DNA from: Vicugna vicugna
Lineage: Eukaryota
NCBI GenBank assembly: GCA_013265495.1
Contig: MU061017.1
Location: 1,981,587 to 2,045,586 of the forward strand
Direction: 5' to 3'
Length of the DNA stretch: 64,000 nt
The notes below the pieces were generated by a model. The model had not been told where the DNA came from, did no database searches, and worked only from the letters and a program-made list of their open reading frames with translations. The position numbers and the translations under genes are program-made. Shown here piece by piece: positions 24,901 to 36,900 of the stretch; within the stretch, counting starts at the first letter, position 1, and each line of letters starts with the position of its first letter.

Positions 24901-27900
24901 GCCTTTAAACTTGGCAGTGAATTTCCATTTTTCCTCTCCCCTGGGCCCTTCTGAAGAAGTATTTTTGTCTCCACAGATTCTTGTCATGCTCGTGAGAATG
25001 GTCTTGTGGTCTCATGCTGCTGTGGGCTGGGGCGAGTTCACCAAGTGGGCAGAAGCTTCGCTTGGTCGCCCCCTTAGGGCCAGAGCAGCCCTTGTGAGTT
25101 ACAGCAAAGGACAGACAGGTGCCTGAGGGATGGGGCATCTGATTACGCCCAACACCTTAGCGCAGGGAAGCAGAGGCCTTGGACCCATCCTTGGAATAGG
25201 GTTGCAGGAGCCTGGATTGGCGTGAGGGTAGACGAGGCTGGCCCTCAGTGGCAGGTGCAGAGCTGAGGACTTGCCGGAGGGGAGAGCGGCATGCTGGGAA
25301 AACTCACAAGGACCACTGTGCTCACAGGAGGGTCCATGGGAGAGATGCGCTGGAGTAGTCGGAGGCACTGGGTCCCACTGTGGCAGGTGGAGAGCAGAAC
25401 AAGGATCCGAAGTCGAAGGCCAGCAACAGAGGTTCATTAAGATGGAGCAAGTACCACTGGTGGATAAAACCTGGAGAGACGCTTCCAGATGCTGTTATGC
25501 AGAGGGAGGGAATCTTTTATAAGTAAGGTGACCCTGCCTCTGTCCCTGTTTGCTCAGTGATGCCCACTGCATGCCTTTCACTCTCAAGAGTGCCCCAGTT
25601 TGGACAACTAATTATATTGCGATCCTATTTCTAAGGTAATGTTCTAAGCCTTCCGTTAGTTCTGACAGCAGCATTGCTTCTGGGGTGCAGAAGGCATTAA
25701 GCCGCCGGTGAGAAGCTTACCTTCCTTCCCACAGCCTCTGTAGACCATTCAAACTTAGCCATTGTTAATAATGTTTTTAGCAAGAATACATTTTGCCATT
25801 TTCTGAAGACTTAGCACAGAGCAGCCTCCATAACCATCTGGGAAAAGGAGTCACCAAGACCAAATATTATTAACAGACGTTAGCTGTCCCTTGTCTGTCT
25901 TCTGTTAACCTTTTGTGCCAGTGCAAAGTGCTATGGGCCGGAGAGGGTCAGCAAACACTGTCCCCATCACAGTGTCCACGCAGGTTCCAAGAGGCTAAAG
26001 AGTCAGCCTTCCTGTGGCTGCCTCCAGATCCCAGAACAACTGGCAGTTCAGTGAATTCAGTTGTTTGGCTGTTTTGGGTTTTTTTTTTTTCCCAACTTTT
26101 CAATCTGGGATTTTAACAGTAGAGAAACTCAGCTTTTCTTTCCCCTCCCTAAAACCTCTGTCAACAGCACTTAACAAGTTACTCCATCCAGTATGAGTCG
26201 TAGCCTTCTTGAAAGTTCTGTTGATCAAGACAGACACAAAGCCTTCCTGTGGGAAAACCTCACTCATGCGGGCTCCATCAGTTCAAATTTGTGATCATTT
26301 GGCCACATCGGATTGAGATGTGCCTGGATGCTAGCCGTCAGGAAGGATTTGCTATAAGCAAGCTGTTAGTACAGATTAACTGTAGGAGAATATTTGAACC
26401 GTATAGGTCATTTTATACAGAAGGAAGTATTTGCTACAGAAAATGCGTAGCTCAGTCATTGTTTTCTGTTCATTAAAGCAGAATCAGGGCCTCAACTTGG
26501 AGGATATATAATAGGCAGTAGTTTTATTAGCCTCCTTGGAGGTACTGTATGATTTTAAATATAAAGGAAATGCAGTTCTCTCAAAAATTATCCATAATTC
26601 TGATTTATTTATTGTTCGTTTGTTTATCTAGCCTGGCCTTTTTTCTCTATTAGCAAAATAAGTTACATTTGTGCAGTGTTATCTTTTCTCTTCTGTGGGA
26701 GGTTCAGCAATTTCAGAGTATAATTGTTTTAAATTGGGAACATTCAATTTTCTCTAATGCTCTAACATTTAAACTCAGCTTTTGAATGCTCGTGTTTTCT
26801 TGCATTACCCAAAACATTTGGAAAATGAACTCATCTCATGTCCTTCCCGATCCCCAGCCCCACTCCACAGCCCCCAGTGAGTTACTCGCCACATTTCCGT
26901 CCTTGAGTTAATGCTAACACAGCCTCATAGTCGTTAAGAATCTGAGAGTCATTTGGGCTCCTCACTCCTCCTTGGGATTCTTCCCGTCTCTACTTGCCCT
27001 CTGTTCACTTGCCACTTCCTGTAAAACCTTCCTTCAGCATCTCTCTTGAAGCCACCCTTTCCTCTCTGGTCCCCTGAGACGACGTTCAGGATTGTATTAC
27101 GTCACATCTGGAGCGCTGCCGGGGTTTCCGGATTGGTTTTCCCACCTTAAGGTTTTCTCCGTCTTGAATTTTGCCTCAATTCCCCTGCCTTTAATACAAA
27201 TGATCATGTCATTCCGCTGACCAAACACTGTCAGTGAGCCCTGCCCCGGAGCCACAGGATAAAATTCAAGCAAGAGGTTTAACCCGGGAACCAGGATGCT
27301 CCCTGCCTGGGTCCAGCATGGTCTCCCACTCCTTTGAGGCCCAAACACATGGCCCATGCCACACTGCTCTCTCTCCCATCCCCTCCTCACGTGCTCTTGA
27401 CTCTTTGCTTTTATTCAAGCAGTTTTCTGCACTTGGAATGACTCTGTGTCCACCTGAAGTTCCGCCTACTGAAAATCTTACAACCCAGCCCCAAAGCTGC
27501 CTCCTTGTGGGGCCTCAGCCAGAGGGGTGCTCTGCCTCCGCTCCTGCCTCCTACACCCGCTGCCCTCAGCACTCTTACCCTCCAGGATGTTGTTTTGATT
27601 ACTGTCACTGTGCTGTTGTGACATGCCTGCTCCATTGGAATCTCCCGGGGGAGTTCAGCTCATTATCTCGCCTAGGACCTTAGAACAGGGCCTTCTCCTT
27701 GATAAGCTGAGAACCTTTGTTGAATGGGTGGATGTTATAAATTAAACCTGGCAAGTTAAAAAAAAATCAAATCAACTTATGAGATATTCTGTCTTTTCAG
27801 CAAAACCCAAAATCACTTACGTAGAAAACCAGACCGCCATGGAACTGGAGGAGCAGGTCACTCTTACCTGTGAAGCCTCGGGAGACCCCATTCCCACAAT

Positions 27901-30900
27901 CACCTGGAGAACTTCCACCCGAAATATCAGCAGCGAAGAAAAGGTACAATGTCGCCCAGGAGTTTCAGGGCCGTGGAACGCAGACTCCCCGCGGACTGAG
28001 CCTGCCCCATGCCCAGTTCTTTTGGGGGAGCCGGAAGATGGCATGTGGTCACCAGAGGCCATGGTCAGGTCCTATGGCCCCCCTCCTCCATCCTGCCCTG
28101 GCTGTGGCTCGCTCAGCATCCCCTTGCAGTGGAAGGGGCACAGTGCCTTGCATGGGTTTGCAGGGGTGTGATGTTAGTGAGTAAGGTCAAGACAGACATT
28201 GCAGGGAGGAAGGGGATGGTGATTCTCAAAGCCCAGGGTTATGGAGCTGTGAGCAACTAGGAAAGCTAGGATCCTGGTGCACCGGGTGACACTATCTTCA
28301 TCTCAGGAGCACCCAGGGAAGAGTCTCCCGGAACTAATAGGGATCAGAATGAGCCTATTAATTCTTCTCCTTGTGGTTTGTACGCTCATGCTATCCATGC
28401 ACTATACGCACAAAACCGTGGTTGCCTTCGTGTCTGCCTGTATCCTCGGTCACGTTTGGGTATCATTTTGTTCTAAAGGCAAAAATAATTAGCAGTTTCT
28501 ACACGATGATAATTACACCAGGTTCTGCAATATATTCACTGAGCGTTGAAGAACATTATAGCAACTTCCCTGGCAAATGTAAATGACTGGGAAGATTTCG
28601 CTTTAAAGCACATGGATTTTTAGGCCACCAGAAAGCTGTCTTTACTAGTGACAATATATAAAAATTGAGGTGACCCCACATCATGCAGCCCTTTGCTACT
28701 GAGTGGGCCAAAAGACAGGAGGAGGAAGAAGCTTGGTTTTGAAGCAGCTTAAACCCTCTTGTGGCATTTCTCCAATCTCATCTCATATATCCTGTAGTTA
28801 TGGGCTTCATTTTAATGTTGCCCAAAGCTTTGTCGCCTATTCAGGAATGATGGCCTTCACCCTCAAGAACATTTATTGTGGATTGCTGATTGACCAGAAT
28901 GTCAAAAATGATAGATCTTCAACTCTTCTGCCTGCCTGAAGGAAGTCCCTAGAGAGGGTAGACTAGACACAAATAAAGCCATTAAAGGGATAGTGTGAAA
29001 TACCGGGGCCAAATATGGGATTTGCATTTGAGGAACTGATTTCTTTCCCACTAATAGAACACAAAACTAAGTCAAGAGGAACAGAAGTTGCTGTTCCAAA
29101 AAACAAAAACAAAAACAAAGTATGTTTTTGCAAGTTTTACCTCCAGAGTTGAATTCAACTGAACGAAAACTCAGCTGAGGAACTGCTAAGTATTTTTGAA
29201 ACTTGCATATGCTGTTTGATATTGTGAAAACCAACTGAATTAAGTAACGTGGTGTTTACTTGGATACTTTCTTTATCAACATTGGAATTAAACCTTCAGC
29301 TCAGATTTCAGCTCCCATCGTGTGTGTTACGTGGATTGAATGTACATTTCAGGGCTTCAGCCACAGGGCTGCCACTTGGTAGATTTTTCTACATCAGGCT
29401 TGAGAGTAGATTTGTCCAGAATGACCCAGTGTATATCTCTGACCTACAGTGAAGGACGGACATAACATCTACCCTAGATGAATGATGGTTTTAAATTCTC
29501 TATCTTTTCTAGGAAGAGCTCAACTGCCAAGCTAGACCAGAAGGGTTATTAAGATTTGTGCCTACTTCAGATCCTTTAATAGGTGGGCACTTCTGGCCTG
29601 TAGCTGTGAATTCATTTTTATAGACTGAGAACAAAAAAAAACCAGACATTAATACATATTCATACTTCCTAAATATTAAAACCAAAGTTATCCAGCAGAG
29701 ACTGTCTCAAGCCAAGTAGGCTTTGTATGATTCAGTTATCAGTGTAGATCATTGGCCTCAATCTGAGATAATTGTTTAAGCCCAGGCACATAAATTGTAA
29801 TGTGCTTTCTTTCTTACTATGGACTGCCTTCAAGTGACATTACTTAAACAGGAGTAAATCAGTGTTCGAACGAGTCCTCCAAATTGGCCAAGGATGTGAC
29901 ACCACATCAGCCTATTTGCCTAAATGAAACCCTATGTAGAAAAGTTACAATTTCTATGAATTATATACTGACTTCGAAGAGGCATGATAGCCACCTTACG
30001 CTGTGGGTGACTAAAAATTAAGGAAACACAGATGACCTGTTCATGAGCCAGTTGGACTCCAGATAGTAAGTTTCACTTTGATTTCAGCTACTGGTCCTCA
30101 GGTTCTCCTCCGTCTGAGGCTGCATTGTATATAATGAGGTATCAAGATTATTAGAGTCACGGGATTGTAGGAGAGGAAGCAAACAGTCTTTTTAAAGTCA
30201 AGTTCATGTGCTAATCAGTAAAAATAGAGGATTGTGTCTACTGGGAAGGGAAAGAAGGCTCTCATAACTTGCCAGAATCAGAGAAGGTTGGAAGGAAGCT
30301 TCCTTTGGAGGTTATCTAGTCTCCCTGCCAGAAAGTCACTTAGCCCCTGATCAAAGGGTGGCAGCTTCAGTCCTCTAAGGGCAGGTGGCCAACACCAGTG
30401 GTCAGGGGCACTGCTTTCTTGCCCTGCCCCTTCTCAGCCTTTCCAGCCTCTGCCACTCGGGCCTTGTGTGAGAGCCATTACCAGCTCTTCAGTTTTCCTT
30501 TAGTAGGTCTTCTCTTCTTCCCTTTGACACACACAGTTATTTTCACTATTTCTTACATCTCGCGGTTTCCACACCCTTCACCTTTCTAGTTGTCCTGTAC
30601 TAGACAGCTTCAGTTCACTGGTTTCCCCTGTAAGTTTGTGGTGCCTAGCATAGCTAATGCAGTCGTCCAAGGGTTATTGCTCCCTTGACCTGGACACAGT
30701 AATGAAGTCAATGTTGCATTAGCCCTTGAGCAGTTTCCTCCTTCAGTTTTTTCCTTATTGAGCTTGTGGTCAACTAAAACGCCCAGGTCTTTTTGGCATG
30801 AGCTGCATTTAAGCCACATATCCCCTATCTTGTTCTTGTGCAATTGATTGCTTAGCCAACAATGTAGAATTTTATATTTATTTCTGTTAAACATTGTGTT

Positions 30901-33900
30901 GTGCTTGTAGCAACCCAGCATTTCCCAGTGGGGTCACCATGACAGTTGGGGAAGACTTTTTCTTCACTGGGACTGTCCTGCGCAGCACCACTAGTCCCTT
31001 CCCTTTCAATGTTAGTAACCATCTCTAATCATTGTGATTACCAAAAATGTCCCATGCAGAAACACTCCCTGGCTGGAGAGCGACCATTTCAGTCCATCTT
31101 TCTGACCAGTCAGGACTGGCTTTCATCGGAACTCTCCTTTGAGGACTGGGGGTCCAAGGCATTTCAACCAATGTGGGCTCCCTGTTGTATTTATGTGCGT
31201 TGGGGGGTCTAGCAGTCAATGGTGACCTCAGCTCTAAGCACAAGACCCAACGGCAAGCAATTCACCGTTCCCCATGCAGCTGCCATCTAGCATCTGTATT
31301 AGCTGTTGCTTCCAACCTTGTGTGAACGCTTATCTGAGATATCTTCACCCAAGTTCGTGATAAAAAAAAGTTGGCTGGGACAAGGTCAAGTACAGAACCC
31401 TTAGAATGCCGCCTGGGCTTCCCTGAGGGAGAGCACACGATGCCATGGTGGTCTCTCGTGATTCTGTTGACATTTATGGAAGGCTCGGTGCTTACTTTAA
31501 TAAAGTGGGTGACAGTAGGACCTAATTAAATAAAGCAGCTTGGTCTTCTGCTTCCCTGCTTAGCTGCATCTGGTATTAATCCTTCTTAAGAGAAGATGGG
31601 AGAAGAGGCTTTCAACCAGAGACCTGCAGTGACTTTCAAATGGAACACTGATGTTCTCCATTAAAAAAAAAAAAAGAAAGGAAAAAAAAGTAAAAGCCAA
31701 TACAATGAGCCCCAAAAATCACACCCTATCTTTGATAATGTCTCTAGATTTAGTCCAGTCACTCATTTGAGATTATAAGCAATCTGTTAGGCTTCAGTTC
31801 ATTCGGTTGGTTTCACTCAACAGCTGATAATAGCTAGGTTAAGTTTGGATCGTTAAGATCTCTAGAGTAGCTTATCATCTGTCTGAAAGTTAATCCATTT
31901 CTTCGTGATCGCTAATATGTTGACAAAAAATGTGAACATCAGAGCCGGTCAGTTTCATCGATGTGTTTGGAGGTCACTGTGATGCTACAGATACAAAGAA
32001 AGTTCGAGCAACCACATCATTTTATTACTCATCCTATCCAGACTCACTTGAAAGATTGCCAGGTATTTAAAAAAACCAAAGTGAATGGCGCTAAATTCCA
32101 GGCACCATGTACATAAAAAGTGAAACCCCAGGGTGGTGATTTGCATACTCTGTCCCTGGCAGACCAATTCCGTTGTATGCTCATTTGAACATCTCTCTGC
32201 CTTTGAAGAGGCTGGTAAAGAAAGACATGTGAAACCTTAATGTCTCAGGAGAAGGGGAGGAGCAAAGAGTTGAGATCAGAAGAGATCTAAGTAAGTGAAA
32301 GGCATTTCATGAACCTTAAATCCTGAGTTAACAGAGTTTCCCACAAAAAAAAAAAAAGAGAGAAGCCTTTTGAAATTCTGGATTCATTGGAAACTGGAGC
32401 TTCTCTTCACCAGGAAGAATTCCTCATTCAATACAAATGAGCTACCCACTCTTAAACGTTGGAAAAGGGACCTGAACTGAACAACTGGAGTCTGGTTTAT
32501 CCAGGATGTGAGCAAAGTATAACAGGAAATACTTGGGATAAGTGTTTACCACTTCACTGTAGTTTATATATACATATTCCTACAGATTTGTGTGTAGATA
32601 ATAAAACATGCAAATATTTTTCTTAAAAACCTGGAAGTAACAATTTTGGGAGCATTACTAGCCACATGCTAATGTGTAAGTGTATATATCTGTGTATCAG
32701 ATGGTCTTAAAGTCAGCCACATGCCTTCACCAAATTATCAGGGTCAAGGCATCTTGTATCAGCTCACCAGGCACCCAGGTGGAAGGTCAGGCTACTAGAA
32801 ATATTGTGTTACCTACTTATTCTAAAAGCCACAAGACCATGGTGATTTGGAAGAGACACAAGAAGAGTCAAATCTGAAAAACAGAGAGCTCCCTGTGATA
32901 CAGTCCCTGAGCATTGATCCCTGCAGCCCTGGCATGTGACAGACAAGCTTCTGAGTGACGTGGAATCAGCAACCACATTTGACGTGTGGCCCACCATGAC
33001 TTTGCTCTCTGCATGTTCCTCTGTCACTTCTTCACACCAGCATCCTGTGACGTAATCCAACATTTCCATCCTCATTTCTCACAAAAGCTCCTGGCATTTA
33101 GTGGACTCTTACTAAATGTGTGCTAACCCATGTGCATCTCCGGGATTGCACTGCTGTGTCCTCTGGCCTCTTTTCTATCCTTTGTCCATCTGAACATCAG
33201 GGACAATCAGGCAGTCATGCCATCTGATACAGAATAGCTGCAGGTATGATGTTTTTGACTCCCAGCACAAAATCATAAAAAAAAAAAACTATAAGCAGAG
33301 TAGATTTCCTAGTGCTGGATAAGTTAAAAAGCTTGATGTGGGTACAAAGATACCCAAACCCCCTCTGTCCCTGAGTTGGCTCGCTCCTTTGTGAACGTCA
33401 TGTTTGATGGAGACGGTGCACATGTGAGCCTCCGTGTCGTCCAGACGTTCTTCTGCCTTTAAGAACTGGCTGGTACCCACTAGGGCACTCAGAGTCCAGG
33501 ATCCCCAAAGCTTCCTGACCCATAGTCTTAAGGGCATACTTCTCACTCCTAATGTACCCCTCTACTCCTTTCTTTGTTCCTTTTTCTCTTACCGAAAAAT
33601 TTGATTTTTAATAGGATGCATGCAGAGAGCTATAAACTGCATGAGCGCAAAACGGCATTAGTGTATTTGTGATAAGCTGTCCAATAAAGTCCAAGGGAGG
33701 AGACCTACTCTCTAAGTATCTCTAGATGGCGTGGTTAGAAATAGTAGTGTCACGTAATATCACAAGGAGTCTTCAAGACGTTTTGGAACAGGAGCAGTCT
33801 AATATGTCTGCTGGTATCCACATGTATGTCTTCCAAAGATTAGGAAAGGCTTTGAATTATATATCTTAATGTGCATAAGAGGTGGGGGGGGTGCTGAACG

Positions 33901-36900
33901 TAAACTAAATATCCTAAATTAAAAGGGGGTAATAATAAACACACCATTGAAAGAGGGCCTCGGAAAATGTTCTGAGTTAAAAAGAAACTGCATGTGCACG
34001 GAATGCAGTGGNNNNNNNNNNNNNNNNNNNNNNNNNNNNNNNNNNNNNNNNNNNNNNNNNNNNNNNNNNNNNNNNNNNNNNNNNNNNNNNNNNNNNNNNN
34101 NNNNNNNNNNNNNNNNNNNNNNNNNNNNNNNNNNNNNNNNNNNNNNNNNNNNNNNNNNNAAGTGTTGCAGTTTAACCCACCGTTCCGGTTTAATAACCAG
34201 ACATGCTAAACTAATTCGTAATTTAGTTAGACGAAAGAAATAGGTCAATAGTGGTAGACATCGCTTAGTAATAGTGTCATTTTAGGATGAGCAAGCAAGC
34301 TGTGTTGGGAGTGGATGAACAAACCCTTATGATTTCCTAAAACTGGGTCTTATTCTCTTGCTGGAGCTGGTAAAATCACATCCAGGCAATTATACTTAGA
34401 GAAATAAACGGCCCCAATTCCCACGCCAGGCGTTTTTGAAATGATGAAAATTTTTGACTCTCACCTGGTTGATGTGGCTCTGGATCATAAAGTCACTGAG
34501 TTAGTGATCTAAAAACCCACTCAGCCCTCACCTTTCCAGCTCAACTCATCTTGTTGCTTGCTTATTTTATCATGATCGGTCTTGGTAAATTACCACATCA
34601 CATTTCCTCTGGAAGCAATGCAAATGACATCTCTCAGGTCATTTGTTACTTTTATAGAGCATTAAATTTATGAGATTAGAATGATTTGTCACAAATGGTT
34701 CTGGGTTTTTTGGGTTTTTTTTTTTAAGTCAGTAGCATTTAGCCTTTGAAATTTTTCTGACTACTTGCTTCAGTTTGGGGGATGTGGGACTCAGTTTGAA
34801 AACTGAAGCTAGATATTAATCCTTAGATCTTAATTGCTACACCCACCCCCACCAGGACCCACCATCTGATCATGCCTATCATTTTTCACAGATTTGTGTG
34901 ATTAAATGACAGAGAGTGAAATAACAATAGTGCTTCAGATGAGATTCAAGAATCTAATCTAGAAATACTTTTCTAAAAAGTAGCCTTTGCGGGTGGGGTA
35001 TAGCTTAGTGGTAGAGTGTATGCTTAGCATGCCATGCAAAAGATCCTGGGTCCAATCCCCAGTACCTCCATTAAAAATAAATGCATAAATAAATAAACAA
35101 ACAAACATAAGTACCCTCCCAGCTGCCTCCCCCAAAATAGCCTTTACCTCTTCTGCAGGTGGAACTCTGTATTGCGTAATACTATAAATGTAGAATATGA
35201 CAATTCTATAGATGGTATTTTAATTAAGTGAACCTATCCTCCTAGTCTTCAGAAATGATCATTATTCAGAACACATAACTCATGTGTTCAGGTCATGGCT
35301 ATAACTATTGAATGCTGTTTAATATTTAAAAGTTGACTGCCCATCTCCGGGCACTGATGGTGGTTTCTGCACGTGGAAGCCCTGTTGTCGTCAAATCTAG
35401 TCCGTTATGAGCTTTCTTTGTACCATCCCCTCCTCCCCGGCGTAGGGACTGTGGTTGAGTGCACGTCCTCGCTGAAACACTTCCCCCCGTGACCCAGGAA
35501 TCGCTTAGTGCCGTCGCAGACTCGGTGTTTCATTGTCACGGCCCCACCGGGACTGGGGAAGGGAGAGAAGAAGGGTTAATTATCAGCCACTCTGAGCAGC
35601 GACAGCTCTCATACTGCTTCGCCTTGTGCATCTTCTCCGTCACTCTGATCAAGACCCAGCAAGAGGAGGAGCTGAGATTTATCAGGGAGCATTAAGGAGA
35701 TGTTCAGAGAATTATTATTATTAGTGGAAGTAATTGGTTTACTCCCAGGAAAGCAGACACCTCTCTCTGTTTCTCAGAAGTGTCCTTATCTTAACGTTAT
35801 CTTGCTCTAGACGTAATTGACTTTCAAGTGAGTGCCGCCCTGGGGCTCAGGGGTTCCGTTCCCTCCTGTTTGTCTCAGTTGGAGATGAAGACGGTTAAGT
35901 CCAGATGAGCTCAAAAGAAGGCTTGGGTTACAGCCAATTTCATTCTGTAAGCTCTGAAAAGCCTTAGGACTTCTACCTGCAAGAAGAGAGACAAAATTGT
36001 CTTGATGAGAAGAGCAATTATAATTGCCCTTCGTCCCTATTTTTGTTTGCAAAACAGGGTCTTCTTGCTATAATGATCTTTTCATTCGTGCCCAGAGTTT
36101 ATCTGCTTCCTCCTGAGTCTGGACCGTCAGTATGAATTGTGGTCTGGCTGGCTTGTAGGCGGCACTCTCTGACTTTGTCCTGGTACCAGAGTAAAGCATT
36201 CCAGAGGGAGATGGTCCGATCACACAGGAGTCTGACTGCATCTCCTCGGAAGGAGAACGGGGCATTTGGCAGATAATCCGATCATCAATTTGTCCTGAGC
36301 CACTGCAAAATCAGATTCTCTATGGAAGGCTGCCTATCGGTCTGTTGACATTAAATGAGAAAAATATTCCACATAGAGAAATTTAGACAAAGAGACCAGA
36401 TATAAGACCCAAAAAAAAAGTATGTCTGTCAATGCAACCGCTTTCTGAGCTTCTCTTTGAGCGTTTTCTAGATTATTCTGAGTAAAAACTGCTCATGCCT
36501 CACTTTGTTGTTACTTGTCAATGTCTTGCTCTTACACACATGACTTTCTTTGCATCTTTTGCTGAAGCAGTGCTTCCTTAGGGAAATGCTCTCTTGATTT
36601 CCAAGAGTCTGGTCGGTTTCTCAGGTTGGTGGTGGCAGCCCCAGGATAAGTCCTGGCTGTGTGACAAGGAATTCTAGTTCAGTCACTGGCTCACGTCACC
36701 GTCGGCTGAAGCTGTGTTCTCACTGAGATAACCGGAAAGGTCGGGGGAGGCTTTGAATCCCCTCTGCCTTCATTCTTCTGTCTTTCGGGAAGACAGGAAT
36801 GACAAGGTGGTCAGGTCAGCCCTCAGAGATACTTGCAGGGATGACTTTACGCTCCTGATCCCAGTAGTTTAGGTGATGGGTTAAGATTTTGTTTGATGCG

